Origin: Bilabrum cf. latius
Lineage: Eukaryota
Direction of reading: 5' to 3'
Assembly (NCBI GenBank): GCA_965178125.1
Contig: OZ237765.1
Coordinates: 434,001 to 498,000 of the forward strand
Length of the DNA: 64,000 nucleotides
Shown: piece after piece, positions 50,603 to 62,398 of the stretch
Layout of the letters: every line of letters starts with the position of its first letter
How positions within the stretch are numbered: the stretch's first letter is position 1
Translations under genes and position numbers: made by a program
Notes under the pieces: generated by a model
Database searches by the model: none
What the model saw: only the letters and a program-made list of their open reading frames with translations
What the model was told of the DNA's origin: nothing

Positions 50603-51427
50603 ATGCCTGTTGTAGTAAACCTTAAGACTTTATCAGGGTAGCAATTTTCGGGGACATTTGATCAGGATACCCAGTGTACGCTCGAGCATGTAGCCTCCAC
50701 GTTGCTGTCCTAGGGGGTTTGCCGTGGCGCAGATACTCCTCACCAACTGCGCTTCGTTTTTAAGGGGAATCTTTGGTCGGCAGATGATAAACTGTCGCAG
50801 CTATCTTCAATTCGTGCTTTGGACGCTCCTATGGACGTGTATGTGCTGGAACCTGCAAGCTAGTCTGGACAAACCAGTACTGCTAGCAGTGATGACGAAG
50901 ATCCAACAGGTATTAACGCGGGCGAAGCACCCGCAGAAGGCACTAGTGACCGCGGTTACGCGTCGAATAGTGCGAGCGAAGCCACCCGGCACGCTCCCGA
51001 CAGCCCTCACACGGACGATCAAAATAGCACCCCGCAAGATACAGCAACGGCCAGTAGAGAGGATCGAACCGGACCAAGTACTGTCAATGCGCAATCTACG
51101 GTAGGAAGAAATGAAGAGACCGGCATTGCACCAGATGCTTGTGTGGTTGTGACGGACGCTGTCTCCGAGGTCTCCCGGAGGATTGCTCGAGGCGAAGCAG
51201 GCTCGCAAGTGCTAGCAGGAATAGGAGGTATGCTCGCCTTGCTCCTGCTAGTTGGCATTTGCATTCCAGAGGTATTTAACACTCGCGCATGGGTGATGTG
51301 GTCGGTGCTGTCGGCGTTCTACGGCATTGTAGCGCAGTCGTGGTTGCGGGACGCCGCGGCAGCCGGGAAGGTAGACAGGGAGAGGAGGATGAGGCAGGGG
51401 GGAAGGGCGGGGGCGGCAAACGGTTGA
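50603..51427 (+). CDS. Ubiquitin-like domain plus two C-terminal TM helices (TMUB/HERP/Dsc3-like architecture), 274 aa
   Basis: MPVVVNLKTLSG(TAG)QFSGTF...HQLRFVFKG...DKLSQ resembles a UBL fold. Three TAGs. Frame is open to TGA at 51425 and contains the TM segment seen in ORF 51143..51427. Confidence 0.7.
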
Positions 51428-52063
51428 TTGCAAATGATTCGTGCCGATAATATTCATTGCGAGTGTGCGACAAGCCACAAGCCTTTTGTGCCGCGACCCG
51501 CCCGAGCAGGGTTCGATCTGCAGCCATCTATTAATCCTGGATTGAATCGAAATGCAGAGAACCCCTCGGGTTTCAGCCTACACGAACCAGCCATCAACAA
51601 AGCCCAGCACTAGTCAGAGCAACCGCTGCAGTTCTCCTCTCCATTGGGGTGAGAAGAGCACCCTGACCTGCTTCAGCTGTCCTCGCTCTTGCTCCTCAGG
51701 GGAGCCACGGCCTATTCTCTCCCACGCCGTTGGCCTCGTAGCGTACTTTCAGCAGATTCTGGGCGTCCAAAGTGCTTGCCTTGTCACTTGCATCCTGTCA
51801 CGTCCCTGCCCCACGTCTGCTTGAAGGCAGGCTCGTCCTCCCGGCGGACGAGCAGCTCGAGAGGTTCTGCACCAGCACGTCGTTGTCGGGCTGAGGTACC
51901 GAGTATTGCGGGGCTTCAACAAGACTGCTTGGTGCATGATCCTGAAGGTATCGGGGATTTGCTTGCCGCAAACCTTGCCGTACCCATGATTGAACCGAGA
52001 GAGGTGTGCTGGGGTCGTGGTGATGATGGGATGCAACTGGACTGCATGGCACACACCAGAAAA

Positions 52064-54044
52064 TCAGGCCTTCGAGCAACTCCAGCCATGGCCGGTCCCT
52101 CCGACCGAATCGACGCGAGCCATCGACAAGGGCGGAAGCACCAGCACACCGTCGTCTCCGATGGCGGACTCGCCAAACCGGAACCGGCCGCCTCCCTCTC
52201 CGTCGAGCCCGTTGGTCGCAAAAGCCCCCGGGAATTCCCCCGTCAGGACGTGTGCGACCGGCTGCAGGCCCTAGCCCCGTCCATTGCCCATTTTATCCAC
52301 GTCTGATGCGCTGCTCGTCCTCGCACCGGTCTAGCCGGTTGGCAATCCACCCTGAACATCATCCGTGGACCGGGGCCACAATTTCCCCACTGGAGTACTA
52401 GCGGGGAACAGTTGCACCTGCCGCTCCTCCGGGCTCAGATTGAACAGGACCACAGTCCCGTTGGCCGGATTTATTCTCTCAAAGTAGGCCCCAAGGAGGG
52501 TGGGGTACGTGTTCCCCGTGTAGTTCCGGTATCCGGGGGCGGTCGGCTGGGGCGAGAAATCGATGGCGCATGCGTGCGTGGCATCGGTCGAGGCGGGTGA
52601 GAGAACGTACCCGAATCCCAATCCGGTGGCGGTCGGGCTATACATGGTGACGTCTCTGTACCTACCGCAGCACATGCCTTGCAGAGTCTCGGGAAAGTAA
52701 TAGATCGAGCTGAACAGCGGGTTTCCGGTTGCATCGTGGTACAGCGCCAGCTGTGTGTTGCGTCTACCGTCCCTAAGCATCTGTGGTCGGGGAATGTGAG
52801 AGAGAGAGGGGCGCAGGGGTAAAGGCGCGCGGCTGCATAGATATATAGTTGAGCAATTCATGGTGTTGTCTCGAATCGTAGACCGCCATTAACACAATAA
52901 CATCTTTCAGTCTCACCAGTAGTGCCAGGGTAGACGTGTACAGCGCGTGCGCCCACGTGAGCCTGGAAGGACCGCAGTAGGCGAGCATGTTGAACTCAGT
53001 CGCAAATGTGCCCAGGGGAGGACCCTGGGCCGCACCACCATCCATAAACTGGGCGAAGTCCTCGTCGATTTGTTGCGTGTAGTTGGAATATCCGTCGAAC
53101 GGCACGGCGAGCATTGTGCGGACCCAGTCGGATGCGTTGCTTGCCAGCCTGTCGAACATGGTTGTCTGGTCGGCAGCATCCCCCCAGAGCAACCCCTTTC
53201 CAGCGGTATCGGCGCACAGGTACGTTGGTGAATTCAGCGCTGGATTCGAGTCGATGCCGTTGAAGTAATACGTGTGCACCTGCAGCCCGTCCACGATCCA
53301 GCGGCCTTCGCGAGCGGCGTCTCGGCCATGTTGTTTAATCCACGACGCGATCGCGCTATTCCACGTAGTCGTTCGGTTGTTGTGGTCCCCAAAAAACCCA
53401 TCGAATAGAACAGGGATCACGATGGGTATCTCCGGCCACTCTGCTCGAAGTGCCTTGGCCCACACCTCCATGGCCGACAAGTACGTGCTGACCGTAGGAA
53501 ACCGCGCACCCACGGCGGCTTCGCCATAGTATATCTCATTGCCCAGCTCAATGGCAGCCACGTTGGCGCCGTAGGCTATGGCTGTTCGCACAAACTACAG
53601 CTGATGCTGAAGAGTGTCTGAAACTGGATTGAGGTCAATGACAAGCCCTGACGCCTCCCCGATGGTGGCAAGCGAATTCACGACATCATTTAGTTTATAC
53701 TACTGGCCTGGTCGCGTGACGTATTGGGGCGGCTTGTCGATGCATAGCGGATTGCTATCCAGAGAGCAGAATGATCCAGTCGTCCAATTCCAGTAGCTTG
53801 CGCAAGAGCCGCCAGGGTACCGTAACAGCAGCCCACCACTCTCTCGAAGAACATGTGCATACCTTGGGTCTGCAAATGTGGGGCCGCCATTCCACAGACC
53901 GTCGTTGAACCCGAATCTGGCGCGAGCCTTTCCGAGAAAACGGTTGGTGCAGCTTGCATTGGCAGTAGCTAAAATTACAGATTCAGCCCCTGCACCTAGT
54001 GCAACTCCGTATACAGCAACAAATACAGGTAAGGACAGCAACAT
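52064..54044 (-). CDS. Secreted clan GH-A glycoside hydrolase (GH51/GH79/GH44-like)
   Basis: Signal peptide, LRYPGG, IELGNE (acid/base), VDGLQVHTY, ATEFN (nucleophile). Intron 52781..52916. TAGs at 53700, 53595, 52331, 52271. TGA at 52064. Confidence 0.8.
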
Positions 54045-54142
54045 AGTCGAGGGGGGTGTTGAGCTGTTTGGAATTGCAGAAGGTGCAGCGCATTCAAGTT
54101 GCCAAATGAAATCTACGGATTCCGCCTGGTGCACTAGAGTCA

Positions 54143-57100
54143 TTACGATAGCTCTCGTGTAAGCACAGTCACGGACTCCACGTGCGGCGTCATCGGGAAC
54201 ATGTCCACGGGGCGGGTGCACATCGCTCGGAAACCAGAGCCGCCATCATGATCATCGGACCCCTCTGCTAGCACCCGCAAGTCCCTCGCCAGAGTGTTCG
54301 GTTCGCACGACACATACACCACAACGTCTGCCCTTGAGCGCAAGAGCCAGTCCCTTGCAGACTCTGTGAGGCCAGCACGCGGCGGATTCACAACGACGGC
54401 GAATGGTCGTAGCGGAGCACCTGCTTCGTGCTCGCCCTGCATCTCCATCATGCGAGCAATGACCAGCGGCACCTGCTCACTGCGAAGGTCGAGTTGCCTC
54501 GCCTTCACCCTGTTAGCATCCCCGTTTCTTTCGGCCACCCGATCGAATGCTCGCACGGACCCCGTCTCAAGCTCAAGGCCGAGCACTTTCGCCGATGGGA
54601 ACGAACGGGCGATCTGGTGTGAAAACAGGCCGGTGCCGCAGAACAAATCAACCACAAGAGGTGCACCGCTTCTGCTAGAACCCGAAGACGGTGCAGGTGG
54701 CTGCTACAGAGCCGAGTGCAGGCGACCGTGCGTATCCCAGTGCCATGCAAGGCTTGCGACCACCTCGCGAGCGAGCACGCTGGCACCGAGGGAATTCACC
54801 TGCGAGAAGCACCCGGCGGGGGCGTCCAGGACCAGAGGCGCCCTGGATGCCTTGATGCTAAAACCGGAGATAGGGGCAGCGGGCGCATGCCCCGCCCGTG
54901 CCTGCACACTGCCAGTGGCAGGCACTTGCTCCAGATCCCACGCCCCCACCACCTGGCGCAGACAGCCTGCACTGCTGCCCCTAACATCATTGATTTTGCC
55001 CCGGAGGTACTCTCGTCTCCAACTGATCATGTTTGTTTGCACTATTTCAGCGTTGGACATCGGAACTGTGACGGGTGCGGGCGCGACCAGAGGCTCATCA
55101 TCGCACCGTTCCCCATCGGAAACAGGGAACATCTTCTCCATGTGTCTCCTGTAGTCGCTTTCCCTCTCTTTTGGGATCGAGCGTGGCTTCCATCCGACCC
55201 GGACGAAAATATCACGGAAGCCTCCGCTGCCAGTGGCAGTGTGCTGCTGCTAGCCGCCAAATCGTTCACGAAGGGGCTTCACCAGCCTTTCTCCCAAGTC
55301 TATTTCTCGCTGAAATCTGAGAAAGGAGCTTTCATGCAGCCATATTATCACTTCTAGCGCGCTGTCCTCACTATGCTCGCTCTTGGTTTCAGCATGCGCT
55401 TGCTTGGTCCGGTTGCTCCTTGCTGCTGAGCGCTCCTAGTCAATCTTGCCCTCGTCCAAATCAGACCCGGGGAATCCCAGCTCTACTAGCGCTGCGTTTG
55501 CCACATGGTTGACATCGCGGCTGACCTTTTCTTTCCATGCCTATTCTGCGCTCGGGTCGTGCTGCAGCGGGACATACCTGGCGTGCTCGCTCAAAGACTC
55601 GGCATCGATCGATCCATCAGTCGCAGCAGCTGCGCTTGTTTCCGAGGAGTCTCCGGTGTTCGACACCTCGCGTATCTTGCCTTTGTGTACGGCATGCGTA
55701 GCATGCCATGCATGCACCATGGAACCAGGCGCGGAGGATGATCCTGCTGATGATGCTTCGCGCCCCGTGGACACCGGCAGCAACCGCCTGACGGGCGCGT
55801 GGGCACTGGCTCGTTCGGCACTGCCATGCAGGAATCCAGCCTCCGTGACATCTGGCGAATGCATCACGCGAATCTCCACGCTTTGTATCATATCCAAGCT
55901 GTCACTGGGCTCTGCGGCTTCACTGCCCGCATTTGAGCTAGCGTTCGCAGACCCGCCACCACTGGCACTGAAGCCGTGTCTCGAAACCGAAAATCGGGAT
56001 TAGTTCTGGGATTAGTTGAGTGGGGATTCGATTCGAGACAAATTTCCGACGGATTAACTTGAACTGAGCCTGACATGGTTACATGAGCTGCTAAGGTAGT
56101 TTCAAGGCCATGAGTATTATCTTTGATGCTTACATTTAGTTTGAAGAGTAGTCTGGGTAAAGTTTGATGATGTTTTGATAGTGCCTGGACGCTTCGACTC
56201 GACACGTGCCACATTTAATCAAGAGAAATTGGGTTAGGGCTTTGGACTAGTCTGGCGTAAATCCCGTCGTGATAGATAATCTCATGTGTTCCAAAACACC
56301 AGGAGGCTGTGTGGTACCATTCTCACGGGCACCATTGAGCTGCTACGCCCTTCCAGGATTCCGTTCGAACCTCCCTCACGTGTCTGCTTGGGCACCTGCT
56401 TCTTTGTGCAAATTGATCGAACTCTACGACTATGTCAACGTAAAGTTGATTGTTCAAATTAATTAACGCAAGCAAAAGCACTAGCAAAAAGGCCTTCTTG
56501 CCGCGTGGTATGCTGGTTGAAGTTAATCCAGAAAATTTAATTCGAACCGAGCACGAAATTGGATTAAAATGTGCAATTTAATTATTAATTTAATCCGGAT
56601 TCGGAGTTTCGAGACAGCACTTGACAGCCCTTGCCTTCGCCTGCCCTCTCGCCTTGCGCTTTCGATTGCGAGCTGCCGACTTGCGGACTGCATCGGATGA
56701 GGACGGACCCACCCTGGTGCCTCGCAGAGCATCCCGCACCATCCCGAGAGCAACGCTCGCCCGTGGGTCAAGTAGCGTGCACTATTCGGGTTCGAGGACC
56801 TTGGGCAGGAACACGTCCCCGTGCGACCAAGGCATGTAGCCCAGGGCAGGGCCAGGACCAGTGCATGGATTTGTTTGCGCACGAGCACCTGCAGCGCCCG
56901 ACTAGTGTTCCCCCGATTCGCTGCCGCTTGCGCAACCCCCGGTCCGGCCAACCAAACCGCTCGCTGCATCAGGGCCGTCACCGGCTGCACCAGGGCCGTC
57001 ACCGGCAGCCATACCGGAACCGCCGGTGGCAATCCCAGTCGCATGGACCGGTAACCGGGTGGGCCGGGGTACCCACGGTTCCGCCGAGATGGAAAAGTCG

Positions 57101-57864
57101 GCCTTGTTCCGGTAATGCAGCTGCTTTGGGGATGCGAGGGCGTGCAAGAGCACGAGGGACTGGTCCATCTTGCCTGCATGCATCTGGTACAGGACGTCCT
57201 CGATCTCTAGCCCAGCCGGCGCTTGAACGGAGCTGCTCGTTGCAGGACTACTATGCCCGGCGGGTTCTTTTGCCTGCTACGAGTCCTGCGAGCTCTCAGT
57301 GCCACTGGAATGATGAGAGGCGAGAGGTGACTGCGCCGCGCACGCAACACCCGCGCCCTCCAGGGCCCTGCGGACTTTGGCGGCCTTAGCCAGTAGCTAG
57401 AGTTCATAACTTGTACTCTGCGACGTGCATCCGCCGCAAGCGCCGAAACTAGGGCAGGGCGGCTCCGCTGCAAGGGGTCCTGGGTGCACGACCTGCAGCT
57501 GGTCGCTCCCTGCGAGCACCATGCTCCTCCGAAGCTTTCCAAGCCGAGTGCCCCCGCGCTTGGCAGAAAGATGTGAAACTTGGGCGACGAAAGTCGCGCC
57601 TGCAGGGACGCCTTCGACGCAGAACTTGCCTTCGGCTGCTCCCTGTTGCAAATGAACAGCAGCAAGGCCGGTCTCAGGGTCAAGCTCGTAGCTGGCAGTA
57701 GCTCTCAATTGAAAGCGACACGGAGACGGCTATGACTTAATTCGATTCCTTCCCTGAATATGGCCTGAATACGAAGAACCGCTAGCCCGACGTATCTGCC
57801 GCCCGGATTTGCTGGATAACATGCGCACCAATCGCATAGCTCTATCAACACCTCGGAGATCCAT
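54143..57864 (-). CDS. RNA m5U methyltransferase, RlmD/TrmA family with Fe-S motif
   Basis: PPCPSFGACGGC..Q..SYEL(TAG)L.AK, HYRNKADFS, FSQVN, VDLFCGTG, VVNPPRAGL, VYVSCEPNTLARDL, DMFPMTPHVE. Several TAGs. Interrupted at 55968..56620 by a TIR element/intron. Ends TAA TGA. Confidence 0.9.
55968..56620 (-). mobile_element. MITE-like TIR element forming a putative GT-AG intron (introner-like)
   Basis: TGTCTCGAAAC at 55977 and GTTTCGAGACA ending at 56616. Imperfect inverted similarity extends about 90 bp with GGATTA motifs. AT-rich interior. Flanks GCACTGA / GCACT(T)GA. Minus-strand AA|GT...CAG|T splicing restores the frame. Confidence 0.7.
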
Positions 57865-58040
57865 AGTCAACCGTAAATAGAGTGTTATTTCAGCATCACC
57901 TGTTCCAAACCGAGAGTGGAACAAATGGTGTTGCGGCGCACCATTAAACTCAAATGATGAACCTTCCCTCGTCCACCGCTGGCTGCAGTTCGGCGGTACG
58001 ACCAATCGACAGCACCCACGCCTATCTTTACGAGCGACCT

Positions 58041-61000
58041 ATGCGCGGCTGCTCCCTTGTAGTGCTAGTATTAGCTGGTATAGTCAGTGGGCACGGTAGG
58101 CATGGAACGAAAGGCTGTGGGTACAGCGAAGTGGCACACTTGGAAAATCCAGTGACCGTCCCAGTCGAGTACGGTCCTTCTAGACCAGGCCGAGAACTGC
58201 AGACGACATTCGTCCCCATCGAAACTGCACATGTTAATGGGGACACTGCGAGCATCCGCGTAGAAGTGAGCAGGATGCTAGCCAAGCTGGGATTGTAGGA
58301 GCGTTTCCAACGACTGATGAAACCGGTGCTTGCTCTTTTGTCAAGCTAGATTGGGTTGACAGCGCTGCATGTGTTTAGTATGTGGTTCTATTGCATCTAC
58401 ACAATGTCATTGAGTCGACCAAAGCCCTATTCTATCGAACAAAACGCGCTCGAATGATGTCGGTTTCCTCGCTTCGGTTGCTGCTGTGCAAATGGCCCAG
58501 AAAGGCGGCGCATCCTCCTAGTATGCGCACAGCTCCCGTACAAGCTATGCGTTTGCTCTTTATTTTGCAGTTGGTGTACGACGTGCTCGATGCCGGGGAC
58601 CTCCTCCCTTCGGACGGCAGCACGCACCGTATGTGCGGCGAGCCGTGGGCTGGCGAGACGATCATCGCGCAGTCTTTCGCCACCGGCCAGCTGCAGTCGC
58701 ACGCCGGATGCGAAGAAGTAGATTACGCGCACAGGGGCAGCGAGCGCTACAACCAGCTCAAGCAGCGCACTGAGTGGGCGGGCCAGAAGATCGCCGAGCT
58801 GCTCCGCGTGAAGCCAGCGACCAACGGGATCACCCTGTCCAGCTTCGTAGAGGCAAGCTACTCCAACATCTCCGCCACATCCTACCCGAACGCAGACCTA
58901 GTGGTCATCGTGACGGCCCGCCCCACGCCCGGGATCAGCCTGGCGGGGTACGCCTCCTGTCTCCAGCGCGACCAGTACCGCCGATGCACCGTGGGCTCCC
59001 TCAACTGGGTGCCCCGCGCCCTGGATCCGGAATCGAAAGATTCCCCCCCGGTGGTAACCGACGAGCGGCACACGGCCCTCCACGAGCTCTCCCACGTGCT
59101 GGGGGCAGTGCGGCCGGACCGCCAGTTCATCGACGACACGGGGGCCATCAAGCAGGACGCCGACGTGTACACGGTCGCGCCGGCCCTGCCCAACGACCCG
59201 TCCGCCCCTCAGGACCGACTCGTCCAGTACATCCGCACTCCCAAGGTGCTGGCCATGGCCCGCGCCCACTTTGGGTGCGCGGACCTGCCCGGTGTTCCTC
59301 TCGAGGACACCAACGTGGGCAAGGGGTCTCACTGGGAGGCGCGGGTCCTGGGGCCCGAGTACATGAGTTATGGCTCCGGATCCGGGGAGACCTTCATCAG
59401 CGACCTGACCCTGGCCTTTCTCGAGGACACTGGGCACTACGTGGCCAACTACAGCGCCGCGGGACGGTTCCTCCCCTCTACCGCCCAGGAAGCCGCCGTG
59501 CTTGCCCAGAGCTTCTTCACCAGCGACTCGGAGCCGGAACAGGTGGACCCGGCCACGCCTCCCCGCTCCCCCGGCGCGATGCGGTTCGGGCGGGACGTAG
59601 GCTGCGACTTTGTGTTGGGGAACCCCCGCAGCTGGCCCGAATCGTATCGCTGCAGCAACCACCAGGAGTACATCTGCACGAGCGACAATCGCATGCAGGC
59701 GGTGTGCGCGCTGCAGACTGGGGTGGTGTCCGAAGAGGAGTACTCGTTCAACTGCGACGCGAACAACGGGAGGTGCGCTCCCAACCCCGCCAACCCCGCG
59801 TGTACGGGCGGCAGCTGCCTCATCCCCCCGGAGCAGAGGCCCTTCACGGACGCCGAGGCGCAGTCCGCCTTTGACGGGTTTACGGTGCAGACGGCAATCA
59901 CCGCGGGAAACACGGGGGGATTTTCGTCCTCGATGGACTACGCCGCGGTACCAGTTGGGTACTGGTCCTGCCTGGACACGGAGGCGTCCAACGGTACGAG
60001 CAGCCGTGTCGCGGAGGAGAACCAGGGCTTCGATTTCTCCTCGCTGGTGACGGGGCAGGAGAGCAGCCAGGCTCAGTTCGGGGGCCAGGAGAGGTGCAAG
60101 GACTGCAGGTGCTTCGTGTCGAGTCTCGTGGCCGTGACCGACTTGGCTCGATTCAACCCCTCTTTCACTCGGTACGGCCTGTGCTACCGGTTCAACTGCT
60201 TTCGGTCCGACTACCTGCAGATCGCCATCCGGAGCCAGACGGATCGGAGCGTGTACTGGTACCAGTGCCCCACCCTGGGCGGCAAGATCTACATCGCGGG
60301 GTTCAGCGGGTCCTTCCACTGCCCCCCTGCGGAGTCCTTCTGCACGCAGGAGGACGTGACGGGGATAAAGTACCCCGAGACCGACAGGCTGCTGGAGCTT
60401 TACATTTTTATCGGTGTATCATGCGGAGTCCTCATCCTGGCCGTCGTGTGCATGTGCCCGTGCACGAGGGAGCCCATCGTGCACTGCCTCAAGCACTTCT
60501 GCGGCGTGTACACGTTCGACCCCGCCAGCGACAGGTATCAGATCGACGAGGACGAGAACGAGGGGACGAGTCGGCGGGAGCGGCGCTACAGCCAGCAGGG
60601 GACGGAGAGCGTGTACGGCAAGGCGGTGCGTCGGCCGATCGAGGACCAGCCCACGGCCGTCACAGTCATGCTGGTGGTCAACACGCTGGCCCTGGCCGGG
60701 TGTCTGGCCCTGACAGGCTTTAGCGCATACGCGGCCACGCAGGGAACGCTGAGCACGGCTGTTCCGTTCATCGGGATGGGCCTCGCTGGCGTGATCACGG
60801 CGTGCTTCGGGCTGTTTGGGTCCCGGCAGGAGTCGGAGGGTGCTAACTGCATGCTGCTCATCTACTTTTTCATCGTGCTGTGCGTGCTGCTGGGCGGCAC
60901 GTGGACGTCCATCGACTACTTTATCATCGAGGAAGGCAACACGGAGTCGTACGTGGAAAACAACTGGGACGTGTTCCGTGACACGCTTCCATCCGATGCG

Positions 61001-62131
61001 TACGACGCCACGGCGAGCACCGAGACCTAGATTGAGCAGGCAGCTGACTACGTGGACCAGTACTTTCTGGCAGGGAGCATCGCACTGCTGTGCATCGCCG
61101 GGCTGTTCCTTGTGGCGGCGGGCGGCGCCGCGGTGATTATCCACATTAACACCCTGACGGCGAGCTTCTACACTGTGGAAGCCTACGCGAGCGTTGTCCT
61201 CGGCATGCTGGGTCTCGTTGCCGGGGGCTACTTTATCGTGCAAGACTTCCCGCGAGTGGGCGCCGCCGGACTGACCATGGGCGTGCTGCACGTGGTGGCC
61301 GGGATCTTGTCCATTCGGGCAGAGACGCTGCTGGACACGTGCTACATGTACGTCGCTGCCGCCGTGTAGCTGTGCATCGCCGGGGTTGCCGTGTTTGGCG
61401 CCTATGTTGCGTTCGAGATCGGGAATTCAGCCGAGAAGGACGTCGATGACATGACGGAGGCGCAGCGGGCCGACATGCGCGAGGTACTGCAGGACACTGG
61501 GGTGACATTTGGAGACCAGATAGACGAGGATGGGCTGCCTCGGGCCATCGAGTTTGTGGCGTATAACGGCGCGATCGCGCTGCTGGCCGACGCTCTGCTT
61601 TCTGCGATCGCGCTGGTGGCCGGCATCGCGATGACGTCGTTCACGGACGGTTTCCAGGAGACATACGGCTCCGAGTACAAGCAGTATCAGGAGAGGCTGA
61701 CCCAGCGGCAGGGGAGGGCGCCGGCGACAGGCCGGGGCAGAGAGACGGCGGCGGCGCACAAGCGGGCTCAGGCGGCGGCGAGGCAGTAGCAGAGGGAGCA
61801 GCAGATCCAGGCAGCAAAACTGCAGCAGCAGCAATAGCAGCAATGGGAGCAGGAGCAGGTCGCGGCCAGGGGGATGGCCGCGGGAGGCACTGCGGGCGTA
61901 CCTGGCCTGCACCCACCAATCTCGCACCAGTATCACAACTCGGGGGGCACGGCCGTGGACTACGGTGTCGGTGCTGGAGCGCATCACCCCGGCATGCACC
62001 AGCCTCACAGAGGTGCAGGTGGGCAGCATCCGTACTACGCGGGCGGGGTGCAGCCCTCGGCTGGCTTGCACGGCGTGCGGCCAGGGCTGCACGGGGGGAC
62101 CGCTGCGCAGCGAGCGGGGTACATGGCGTGA
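58041..62131 (+). CDS. Leishmanolysin/invadolysin-like M8 metallopeptidase fused to about 9 TM helices (two tetraspanin-like blocks) and a Q/G/H-rich tail
   Basis: Signal peptide. Intron 58266..58570. TALHELSHVLG, TPKV..AR.HFGC..L.GVPLED, SHWEARV, EYM, LTLAFLEDTGHY.ANYS. TAGs at 61028, 61367, 61787, 61835. TGA at 62129. Confidence 0.9.
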
Positions 62132-62398
62132 TTTGACACCACTTTGACTTGTGATCTCGTGTCTGTCGCTGCATTGAAATAATAGCACAAATTGTATCTT
62201 ATGTTAGCTGTACCAGGCAATACGGCGGGACCCGCAGTTCGATCGGCGGTGCGGGCGGGTCAGAGGGGGTCGCTTGTGGATCAAACGTGGCGGTGGGGTC
62301 GTGTTAAGAAGTCAAGATCGTTTGCACGAAAGACTATATTCGGGTCATTCGTGCACAAATGCGATGAAACGCCACGAGCCCAGCTCGCTATGAGCACT

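Noticed and set aside
4609-62131. Interpreting in-frame TAGs as pseudogenisation or sequencing error
   Set aside because: The interruptions are almost exclusively TAG, there are no accompanying frameshifts, essential genes are affected, and the sites coincide with conserved Gln residues and poly-Q runs
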